Virus record (IMG/VR): IMGVR_UViG_3300029094_000065
Strand: one strand, 5' to 3'
DNA: 8,251 nucleotides
Source: a virus
Part shown: positions 1 through 6,120 of the stretch, one piece after another
How the letters are laid out: every line of letters begins with the position of its first letter
Position numbering within the stretch: the stretch's first letter is position 1
Position numbers and translations under genes: made by a program
The notes under the pieces: generated by a model
What the model saw: only the letters and a program-made list of their open reading frames with translations
Told to the model about the DNA's origin: nothing
The model's database searches: none

Positions 1-99
1 TGGCTTATTCATAAAAATTTCCCTCCTGATATCTTAATAACTGACTGCGCAACTTGTTAAATATGGGACCCTCAATCTCAAAGGGACGGTCCAGGAGCA
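1..99. repeat. Terminal direct repeat, identical to 8153-8251, marking circular closure of an 8,152-bp unit
   Basis: Positions 1-99 (tggcttattcataaaaatttccc...ggtccaggagca) recur exactly at 8153-8251. One ORF (the RHH gene starting at 8164) runs through the junction and continues at 12..1. Confidence 0.9.
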
Positions 100-925
100 G
101 GGCCTTATACTTTAACTTTGTAGGCCGGGAAAGCTGACGAAGGTAATAGTCCATCCGGTCTACCGGCTGTTCCGCAAGGAGCTGTACCATGACCTTTGAT
201 TCCGCCAGGTCTATCACTTTACGGGTATAGACATTGGGCCAGCAACGGTAACAATCTATGTAGTCCAGGCTATCCAGCGTAACCTCTATCCGGGTGAGGG
301 GATAATCAAGGCCAGCCTCTATCTGTTTGTTGTAGACCTTTACCCGGCCAGGAGAGGACATGCATCCTAAATATTCTGTAAAGTCCTGTGCTGATTTGTA
401 AAACTGGCTGTATTTCCTGTTATCCTTGATAAGCTGCACACAGTCACGGCCATAAGGTACATCCACTGCTAAATCCCATCTTTTTATCTTTATTGTTTCT
501 ACTATGGGGAACAACTCATTTAGGACCATCCTTAAGACTTCTCCTATCTGACTTTGCAGGTCTTTGAACCCTGTTTCCTCCTGGTCGAAGGGGGAGACAC
601 TTGTACGCATGAACCCATCATCATAAGCAATCTCACCAAGTATCTTGTTTGGGTTAAAGTCCAGGAAACCCTGTAAAACTGTTTCTTTCTTTACACCATT
701 CATACAAAGTCCAATGGAAAATGATAATCCTTTGATACCAAACACAAAAAGGTATCGGTAATCAAAATCCTTTAAAGAATGATAGTGCGTACAGCCTGGA
801 AGATGGGAGAGGAAGGAAAGGAAGGATTCAACTGTATCTACGTCCGGAAACTCAAAAGAGTACCGGAGGGAATCACAGGAATAAAATATGCCATCCTCAA
901 GGAGCGGATTGAAGTAGTAAAGCAT
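5..925 (-). CDS. Rolling-circle replication initiator (gpII/RstA-like HUH endonuclease), 306 aa
   Basis: ATG at 925 sits behind AGGAGG with an 8-nt spacer. It carries an HUH-like THYHSL motif and a candidate catalytic Tyr in VKVYNKQ. Its size and its place in an inovirus-like gene set fit gpII/RstA/Phage_CRI-type Reps. The stop at 5-7 is overlapped by the start of the next gene (ATGAATAA). Confidence 0.65.
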   Translation of the reverse strand: MLYYFNPLLEDGIFYSCDSLRYSFEFPDVDTVESFLSFLSHLPGCTHYHSLKDFDYRYLFVFGIKGLSFSIGLCMNGVKKETVLQGFLDFNPNKILGEIAYDDGFMRTSVSPFDQEETGFKDLQSQIGEVLRMVLNELFPIVETIKIKRWDLAVDVPYGRDCVQLIKDNRKYSQFYKSAQDFTEYLGCMSSPGRVKVYNKQIEAGLDYPLTRIEVTLDSLDYIDCYRCWPNVYTRKVIDLAESKVMVQLLAEQPVDRMDYYLRQLSRPTKLKYKALLLDRPFEIEGPIFNKLRSQLLRYQEGNFYE

Positions 926-982
926 AAGCAGGACCTCCTAAAAGAAAGTTAAGTTACTAAACAAGTGTAAAGAATTTTTACG

Positions 983-1016
983 GACTTCGGACCTAATTAG
1001 ACAGGGGTCCGAAGTC
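983..1016. other. Perfect 11-bp stem (gacttcggacc / ggtccgaagtc) with a 12-nt loop (taattagacagg) between the ATPase and Rep genes. It could be the double-strand origin nick hairpin or an attenuator.
   Basis: Inverted repeat read directly from the sequence. It sits in the 93-nt gap immediately upstream of the Rep start. On the minus strand it is not followed by a clean U-tract. Confidence 0.45.
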
Positions 1017-1018
1017 GG

Positions 1019-1804
1019 TCACCGTTTCTTACGGTTCCATTTCCTCACGACCTCATGAAGCTGTACGCGTCCGCCGGCCATCGCGCGGCGGAGCGCTCCC
1101 AGCTTCCCCTGTTTCACCAGTTCCGGGAAGGGCATGTATTCAAACTCCTTCTCCGGGAGCAGGGGAGGATTGTAGGAATTGAAATACTTTACATACTTCG
1201 GGATGTAGGTAAAACGCACGGAACCGAAGGGGGCCAGGAGCAGGGAATCAATGTTGTAATCATCCACTATCTTTGATTCACCGCTGGCCGACTTATCCGC
1301 ATGGACAACGGCAACTGTCTTTGTGATACGCCTGGCAATGGAAAAGCAGTTCAGGAAGTTGTGGATGATGTACAGATGGTCAGTAAGGTCACGTATCTTC
1401 TTGTCAACATCAAAGGACTGGGAGAACAGATACACGATATGTTTATACTGCCGCTGATATTTGAAATAAACCTTTACGTGTTCCGGGAAGGACTTGAAAT
1501 TACGGTTATCCCATACAAGGCCCACCTCATCTATAAGCAGGATAGAATTTTCAGGAAAATGGGCAACACCAATATCAACGGTATCGAAGTGATAAGTTCC
1601 AGGTATATGCACGTTGCTATAGACGTGCCACCCCTTCTTACGGTATTTAAGTGCCATTTTACACATGAGCGTAGTCTTGCCACTACCTTTCTTGCCAAAG
1701 ACCATAAAGAGCTTATATGGATTGCGATACTTAAAGAAATGATAAGCAAAAAAGACAATCCAAAACATGCCAAAGCCAAAGAGTAGAACAGAAAACGCAT
1801 ACAT
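1019..1804 (-). CDS. Zot/pI-like morphogenesis P-loop ATPase with an N-terminal membrane anchor, 261 aa
   Basis: N-terminal TM helix (FSVLLFGFGMFWIVFFAYHFF). Walker A GKKGSGKTT and Walker B ILLIDEVG. The start ATG overlaps the stop of the upstream small ORF (TAATG). It sits where the assembly ATPase belongs in an inovirus gene set. Confidence 0.6.
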   Translation of the reverse strand: MYAFSVLLFGFGMFWIVFFAYHFFKYRNPYKLFMVFGKKGSGKTTLMCKMALKYRKKGWHVYSNVHIPGTYHFDTVDIGVAHFPENSILLIDEVGLVWDNRNFKSFPEHVKVYFKYQRQYKHIVYLFSQSFDVDKKIRDLTDHLYIIHNFLNCFSIARRITKTVAVVHADKSASGESKIVDDYNIDSLLLAPFGSVRFTYIPKYVKYFNSYNPPLLPEKEFEYMPFPELVKQGKLGALRRAMAGGRVQLHEVVRKWNRKKR

Positions 1805-1965
1805 TAAAACACCCCCTTAACAAGCTGTTTCGTGATACGGATAAGGCCAACGGGTAACAGGATTAAAAGCATGAACTGCCACATAATATTCGTATCAAGG
1901 GTAAAGGCATCCGGGGACATGGGGAACAGAATCACATCTATAAAAAGGTTGAATAAATCAATCAT
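1804..1965 (-). CDS. Small hydrophobic protein, 53 aa (MIDLFNLFIDVILF...FMLLILLPVGLIRITKQLVKGVF), translationally coupled to the ATPase
   Basis: GAGGTG ribosome-binding site 5 nt upstream of the ATG at 1965. One TM segment. Its stop TAA overlaps the ATG of the Zot-like gene. It falls below the 60-aa cutoff of the ORF track. Confidence 0.45.
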   Translation of the reverse strand: MIDLFNLFIDVILFPMSPDAFTLDTNIMWQFMLLILLPVGLIRITKQLVKGVF

Positions 1966-1983
1966 AAAATCACCTCAATGGGG

Positions 1984-2005
1984 GAAGGGGACCGGGGTCC
2001 CCTTC
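1984..2005 (-). terminator. GC-rich palindrome gaaggggacc-gg-ggtccccttc immediately downstream of the coat gene
   Basis: A palindrome of 10-bp arms sits 4 nt after the coat-gene stop. This echoes the strong terminator that follows gVIII in Ff phages. No U-tract follows, so it may only attenuate transcription or stabilise the RNA. Confidence 0.3.
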
Positions 2006-2009
2006 TGAA

Positions 2010-2294
2010 TCATACCTGATGGTAAATGCGCATGAAGAACGCAACCACGGCGCCAGCGAAGAACAGACACATGGCAGCCAAAAGGATGGGCTGACTTAAA
2101 ATCCAGGTGAGCAGAAGCCCACACTCCTTCCAAAGCCAGGCCGTGACCACGGAAAACGTGGCTAACAGACTGTCAAGGCCCGTGGCCGGAGTACCGCCCT
2201 CAGCAAAAGCCGGGAAAGCCATAGCAACAGACGCAACACCAGTGGCGACAGGGATGGAACGATACTTCTTAACCGCATTCTTAATCTTCAACAT
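2010..2294 (-). CDS. Major coat protein precursor, pVIII-like, 94 aa with a cleavable signal peptide
   Basis: ATG at 2294 lies 7 nt after AAGGAGGTG. The ORF track extends it to a TTG at 2315, which is probably not used. Signal peptide MLKIKNAVKKYRSIPVATGVASVAMAFPAFA. The mature N-terminus EGGTPATGLDSLLAT... parallels M13 pVIII SFA|AEGDDPAKAAFDSLQAS. A hydrophobic core follows. The C-terminus (FFMRIYHQV) is short and only weakly basic. Confidence 0.65.
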   Translation of the reverse strand: MLKIKNAVKKYRSIPVATGVASVAMAFPAFAEGGTPATGLDSLLATFSVVTAWLWKECGLLLTWILSQPILLAAMCLFFAGAVVAFFMRIYHQV

Positions 2295-2316
2295 AAACAA
2301 ACACCTCCTTATCAAT

Positions 2317-2475
2317 TTATAAAAGTCGCCTAAATATATCTACAACCTTCTTAAGAAGGGGCAGACCAATCACAAACATCCCCACCCAGTAGGAATGCCT
2401 CCAAAGGATATCAAACAGAAGTGATAACTCATGAAACATCCATTCAACAACCTTCATAACAATACCAAGGTTCAT
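2317..2475 (-). CDS. Small hydrophobic protein, 52 aa, a pVII/pIX-like minor coat candidate
   Basis: MNLGIVMKVVEWMFHELSLLFDILWRHSYWVGMFVIGLPLLKKVVDIFRRLL. It starts 4 nt after the stop of the previous mini-ORF and lies immediately upstream of the coat gene. That is the position gVII and gIX occupy in Ff. The ribosome-binding site is weak (GGCGGTG). Confidence 0.4.
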   Translation of the reverse strand: MNLGIVMKVVEWMFHELSLLFDILWRHSYWVGMFVIGLPLLKKVVDIFRRLL

Positions 2476-2479
2476 ATAA

Positions 2480-2623
2480 TCACCGCCTATCTATCAGCGA
2501 CACAAAGATATGGAAGAACTTATCCACAATCCATAAAAAAGCAATGAAGCCAAAGGCATAACAAACCGGATAGAACTGGACAGGGACATCCCCCATCAAC
2601 GCGAGGATTTTCTCCATAAACAT
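2480..2623 (-). CDS. Small hydrophobic protein, 47 aa, a pVII/pIX-like minor coat candidate
   Basis: MFMEKILALMGDVPVQFYPVCYAFGFIAFLWIVDKFFHIFVSLIDRR. GGGAGG ribosome-binding site 9 nt upstream of the ATG at 2623. It overlaps the 3' end of the 324-aa gene by 28 nt. Confidence 0.4.
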   Translation of the reverse strand: MFMEKILALMGDVPVQFYPVCYAFGFIAFLWIVDKFFHIFVSLIDRR

Positions 2624-3570
2624 ATCAAACAACCTCCCATCAGAACAACAACGATATATGTAAGCGTGTCAGAAACCTTGAATATATGATGATATTGATT
2701 CACCTGAATATTGACGTATGTATCACGATAGCGCAAACTACCGGAACTCCAATAATACTCCCTGACATAATTGGGGGAGCCATACTCGCTGATAGTGTAA
2801 AAGTTATTGCCAAGGCAGGGAGTAAGATACACAAGCTTACCTGTCTGCGCATACGGATTAAAATTCCCATCCACCAGACGGCCTTGAATGGTATTAGCCG
2901 AAACATTGAACAGACGGCCCTGACTGTCTACATAAAGGGAATCCGCATACTCAGGGGGAAAGAGAAGGGTATACTCCTGGCCTGAGATAGAAACATCATA
3001 ACGAAGTACATTAACATAATCGTCAGAAGCAGAAACCGAACGCGCCGAACGGACAGGGGCATCCATAGGAATAATATCTGTAGGGCCTTCCTCCAGGTCA
3101 GAAACATCCTGCGCATCCTCCAGGGAAGAAAGCGCAGCATCCGAGGAGGAAGCAAGACCGGGACCGCCAAAAGAATCACGAATAGCAACAAGTTCGCATA
3201 AAATGTATCGGAGTAAATCATCACGTTTTAAATCCTCAAAATCATCAATATCCATCAAGGTTCTATCATCAATCAATAAATCCACATCCGTGTAGGCTGC
3301 ATCCGAAGGAGAAGCAACCCATATATCATCCATATCCATGTCCCAATCCGTATCTGCATCCACCCTGGACGCATTGGAAGGTGTAGCTGTATCTGCATAG
3401 GCCAGGAGAGGGCAGGAGAGCAGGAAAAAACTACTTAGAGCCACCACTACGTTTAGATGCCCTGGGCGGACGAACCACGGAAGATGGACTACCTCCCGCA
3501 CCACGGAAGGAAATGACAAGCGTAGTAACAAACACAGAAACAACAAGGACAGCGACCAGAAAATCACCAT
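2596..3570 (-). CDS. Secreted, membrane-anchored virion or host-interaction protein, 324 aa, with pIII-like topology and a strongly acidic D-rich central domain
   Basis: ATG at 3570 with a textbook ribosome-binding site (AGGAGG, then 8 nt, then ATG). Hydrophobic N-terminus, then a second hydrophobic stretch ending LLAYA|DT that looks like a signal-peptidase site. Asp-rich low-complexity region (DADTDWDMDMDD...IDDFEDLKRDD). C-terminal TM anchor LTYIVVVLMGGCLICLW followed by RKSSR. Its 5' 140 nt lie inside the 77-aa ORF in the +1 frame. Confidence 0.6.
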   Translation of the reverse strand: MVIFWSLSLLFLCLLLRLSFPSVVREVVHLPWFVRPGHLNVVVALSSFFLLSCPLLAYADTATPSNASRVDADTDWDMDMDDIWVASPSDAAYTDVDLLIDDRTLMDIDDFEDLKRDDLLRYILCELVAIRDSFGGPGLASSSDAALSSLEDAQDVSDLEEGPTDIIPMDAPVRSARSVSASDDYVNVLRYDVSISGQEYTLLFPPEYADSLYVDSQGRLFNVSANTIQGRLVDGNFNPYAQTGKLVYLTPCLGNNFYTISEYGSPNYVREYYWSSGSLRYRDTYVNIQVNQYHHIFKVSDTLTYIVVVLMGGCLICLWRKSSR

Positions 3571-3664
3571 ATGAATATCCTCCTAAATCACTGCCAAATA
3601 AAAGGACAGCAATCTGCGAAACAATAAAGATACAAAAATCAATTAAATCACGCATCATAATCAT
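3431..3664 (-). CDS. Small membrane protein, 77 aa, with a basic C-terminal tail (RPPRASKRSGGSK), possibly a DNA-contacting virion protein
   Basis: Its ATG overlaps the stop of the pVI-like gene (TGATG). The track starts it at GTG 3667. Two hydrophobic segments are followed by an Arg/Lys-rich C-terminus that recalls the DNA-binding tails of inovirus coat proteins. It overlaps the start of the 324-aa gene. Confidence 0.45.
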   Translation of the reverse strand: MIMMRDLIDFCIFIVSQIAVLLFGSDLGGYSYGDFLVAVLVVSVFVTTLVISFRGAGGSPSSVVRPPRASKRSGGSK

Positions 3665-3882
3665 CACGACCCCTTATTAAGAATCTGGAACACAACCGCA
3701 AGGCTGATAGGGACAACCACAAAACCAACCATCCAGGGCGGGAGATAGGAAAGGCACATCACCAGCCAGCCAACGGAACGGACAATGTTAACAATCACAA
3801 GGATAAGCGTTGCAATCATGTTGACAATGAAGCCAACCACAGTTTCAACAAACCCGGCAACCGCATCAAAAAATTGAAACAT
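3664..3882 (-). CDS. Polytopic small membrane protein, 72 aa, a pVI-like minor coat candidate
   Basis: Its ATG immediately follows the TAA of the pIII-like gene (TAAATG). It is almost entirely hydrophobic with 2-3 TM segments. It sits directly after the adsorption-protein gene, as gVI does after gIII in Ff. Confidence 0.55.
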   Translation of the reverse strand: MFQFFDAVAGFVETVVGFIVNMIATLILVIVNIVRSVGWLVMCLSYLPPWMVGFVVVPISLAVVFQILNKGS

Positions 3883-5079
3883 TTATGTCCCCCCTTTGAA
3901 CCGATAATAGCCAATGCAGAGCATGGCAATCGTGAGAGTAAGGGAAAAGCCAATAGGGATATTCAAGCCCTTCATGTTATTGTAAATATGATTCAGGAAA
4001 TAGGATATATCCGATAAAGGCCCCCTAATACGGGTAAAATAATCATCATAACGGAACGAATTAATGTTATTGCTTACATCCTCCATTAACTGTTTTTCAT
4101 TTTCCTGCATATTGTGAATCGAATCATTCAACTGAGCATTGCTGTTATCCAGACGGGATTTATCATAACCATTTGCAAGTTTATCCGTATTTGCATTATT
4201 ATTGTTAATGATATTCGTGGTATTGGATTCCTGGGAATCAATGATATCCTCTGTATTGCGCCGGTTTGCGGCCAAATCCTCAGAATGATGTTGATTCATT
4301 TTGTTATACATGTTCGTGAACTCACCCGCCAGTTGGTCCCAAAAGGAATGGAGCTGGTTACTGATAGTCTGAGTGGTATCCACAATCTGGTCAATGATGG
4401 TATCCTGTTTCTGCACCAAAGCCGCCGTATTGTTAGCCGTATCCTGGACCGAATTGGCAATTGCCTGATTTTGTTCCGATGCATCCGGAAGAGGGGCAAC
4501 CGGATTGTTAATGTTACCGGATTCATAATCCCGGAAGGAAATGACCGAGGAAAAATTAAGTTTCTGCGTACCATAAAGAGGAAACGCATAAGGGAAAAAG
4601 AACTCAACCGAGGTGAGGGACTGGCTATTCACGTTATATGTAACCGTATAGAAGTCAGGGGGGATGGTATCCGAAGCAATCTTCGGAAGCTGGCCGGATA
4701 AATCCGAAGCGTTAGGTCTTTTAACACGGCCACGGGCATACATCCTATCAAGTAATAATGAAGTGCTACTTGTCTGGATGGAAACCTGAGCCTTCCACTT
4801 GCCAGTTGTCGGAAAAGAGGAGCGGGGAAGAACCAAAACAAAACCTTGAATGCCCATACCGTCAGAAGGAGTAAATTCCTTACCAAAAGCACCTTGCCCG
4901 CCAGCCTCCTGAACCTTACCAAGGGATTTCTTATAGGTTCCAGAACCATAAGCAAAAACTTCAACCGTTGACCAGTTAATCGTATTGGTAGATGTAGGAA
5001 GGTCCCCGGCCAAAACAGTCAGGGGAAATAACGAAAGGATAAAAAGCGCCAACAGGGCACTTAAAAACTTCTTAACCAT
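3883..5079 (-). CDS. pIII-like adsorption or minor coat protein, 398 aa, with a signal peptide, an N/Q/T-rich polar central region and a C-terminal membrane anchor
   Basis: Signal peptide MVKKFLSALLALFILSLFPLTVLA|GD. Long Asn/Gln/Thr-rich low-complexity region (NNNNANTDKLANGYDKSRLDNSNAQLNDS...). C-terminal TM IPIGFSLTLTIAMLCIGYY followed by RFKGGT. Ribosome-binding site TAGGGGGTG upstream of the ATG at 5079. Confidence 0.7.
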   Translation of the reverse strand: MVKKFLSALLALFILSLFPLTVLAGDLPTSTNTINWSTVEVFAYGSGTYKKSLGKVQEAGGQGAFGKEFTPSDGMGIQGFVLVLPRSSFPTTGKWKAQVSIQTSSTSLLLDRMYARGRVKRPNASDLSGQLPKIASDTIPPDFYTVTYNVNSQSLTSVEFFFPYAFPLYGTQKLNFSSVISFRDYESGNINNPVAPLPDASEQNQAIANSVQDTANNTAALVQKQDTIIDQIVDTTQTISNQLHSFWDQLAGEFTNMYNKMNQHHSEDLAANRRNTEDIIDSQESNTTNIINNNNANTDKLANGYDKSRLDNSNAQLNDSIHNMQENEKQLMEDVSNNINSFRYDDYFTRIRGPLSDISYFLNHIYNNMKGLNIPIGFSLTLTIAMLCIGYYRFKGGT

Positions 5080-5142
5080 AAAAAAAATACACCCCCTAAC
5101 AAAAGTGTTAAAAGATGTATCCTTATATACTTAAATCAGCCT

Positions 5143-5179
5143 TAACTATTCGTTAAACTAGACTTATCCCGAATAGTTA
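5143..5179. promoter_or_regulatory. 10-bp inverted repeat (taactattcg ... cgaatagtta) with a 17-nt loop in the leader of the pIII-like gene
   Basis: Read directly from the sequence. It lies between the stop of the 78-aa ORF (5214) and the pIII-like start (5079). On the minus strand an AT-rich TATATAAGG follows it. It could be an operator, a terminator or an internal promoter element. Confidence 0.3.
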
Positions 5180-5213
5180 GCTTATTTTATTAAGTATGTA
5201 GGGATACAGCTTG

Positions 5214-5450
5214 TCATATGTTACAGTCAGAGAGGGCATCCGCGATTTTATCATGGACCCCTTTCATGACCTTGATTTCAGATTCAGCAATGCTAAAACG
5301 CTCACTGGTAATGATATCCTCAAGAGAGCGAATCCGGCGTATCCGGGCACAGCGTTCCATCAATTCATCCAGACGGACATTGACAACCCGGTTAAGATAG
5401 CGCAGTTCCCGTTCCGTAAGTTCTATATGCATCTCGTCACCAACCTTCAT
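5214..5450 (-). CDS. Hypothetical charged, helical protein, 78 aa
   Basis: Open frame in operon polarity (MKVGDEMHIELTERELRYLNRVVNVRLDELMERCARIRRIRSLEDIITSERF...). The ribosome-binding site is weak. An alternative start at Met7 sits behind GGTGA. A plus-strand ORF of similar length overlaps it, so the strand call is tentative. Confidence 0.4.
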   Translation of the reverse strand: MKVGDEMHIELTERELRYLNRVVNVRLDELMERCARIRRIRSLEDIITSERFSIAESEIKVMKGVHDKIADALSDCNI

Positions 5451-5773
5451 TCACAACATATCAAAACCGTAAAACCTGCGGGAGCAACATAAAACAGATA
5501 CCCAGCAAGACAACACCAACTAAAATCTTATCAAATTCATCAAAATGCATACTGACACCAACCTTTACCTGTAACACATTTCCAGCCTCAGTAAATCCCA
5601 GGCCCGGACGGAGCTGCTACCGCCACGTGTTACATTTCTTATGTCCGCGGCCCCGTAGGTGCATCCATGGCATGATGAATCGCTACCGCCAGGGACCTGG
5701 CACTTTCTGTAGTCAAGGGGAAGGGGTATCCCCGGCCCCTAGGCTACACCGGAGGCCGGGGACTTCGCTTCCG
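5451..5773. other. Structured GC-rich non-coding region of 323 nt, the best candidate for the packaging signal and/or replication origins
   Basis: No convincing ORF. Local GC content is far above the rest of the genome. Three hairpins were read by eye: tccccggcc (5729-5737) pairing with ggccgggga (5754-5762); ggggtatcccc at 5723-5733; and tgtaacac at 5570-5577 pairing with gtgttaca at 5627-5634. SacII (ccgcgg) and NcoI (ccatgg) palindromes are also present. Confidence 0.5.
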
Positions 5774-6034
5774 CTAGTTTGGAGAATCAACCAACCGGCA
5801 TTCCTCAACAAAACCACCACGGCCATAGGAGATATCCACAAAATCATCTGGATGAATACCAGAAATATCCGGGGCATATTCACCGTTCCAGATGTCAACC
5901 TGTTCGACACGGCGGCCACGGACTTTATCGGGCTGTCTGGATGGAACTGCATAGAAACGGGTGAAGTCATAAGGCTTACCAGTCTTTTTAGAGATACCCT
6001 CGAATCTCTCAATGCCTAAAATCTCATATACCAT
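5774..6034 (-). CDS. ssDNA-binding protein, M13 gV-like OB fold, 86 aa
   Basis: ATG at 6034 with GAGAGG plus an 8-nt spacer. The ORF track extends it to a TTG at 6040. MVYEILGIERFEGISKKTGKPYDF... aligns with M13 gVp MIKVEIKPSQAQFTTRSGVSRQGKPYSL.... The C-terminal ...CRLV resembles gVp ...RLRLV. The length matches gVp (87 aa). Confidence 0.7.
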   Translation of the reverse strand: MVYEILGIERFEGISKKTGKPYDFTRFYAVPSRQPDKVRGRRVEQVDIWNGEYAPDISGIHPDDFVDISYGRGGFVEECRLVDSPN

Positions 6035-6120
6035 AATCAAAACCTCTCTTTCTCAACTAACTAAGTGATTGTTATATGTAATCCGGGGCAGAGCCGGAAA
6101 AGGATACCCCGAAGAACAAG

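Noticed and set aside
1055-1786. Plus-strand ORFs at 1055-1276 and 1301-1786, and the minus-strand 89-aa ORF at 1531-1800
   Set aside because: They lie antisense or off-frame inside the Zot-like ATPase gene, which has clear Walker A and B motifs. Neither has a ribosome-binding site.
2295-2315. TTG-initiated extension of the coat ORF (MIRRCLF...)
   Set aside because: The AAGGAGGTG ribosome-binding site lies inside this extension. It is correctly spaced for the downstream ATG at 2294, which begins a canonical signal peptide.
2686-3224. ORFs 2686-2985 (plus strand), 2700-2906 and 2928-3224 (minus strand)
   Set aside because: All lie inside the 324-aa gene in other frames or on the other strand, with no translation signals.
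4114-4701. Plus-strand ORF of 195 aa, with nested ORFs at 4296-4607 and 4629-4964
   Set aside because: These are antisense or off-frame to the well-supported 398-aa pIII-like gene. The proteins are Ile/Arg-rich low-complexity, with no ribosome-binding site and no operon context. They look like typical shadow ORFs.
5627-6019. Plus-strand ORF of 130 aa and minus-strand ORF of 99 aa at 5713-6012
   Set aside because: They span the GC-rich structured spacer and run antisense or off-frame through the gV-like gene. GC-rich non-coding DNA readily gives long spurious ORFs.
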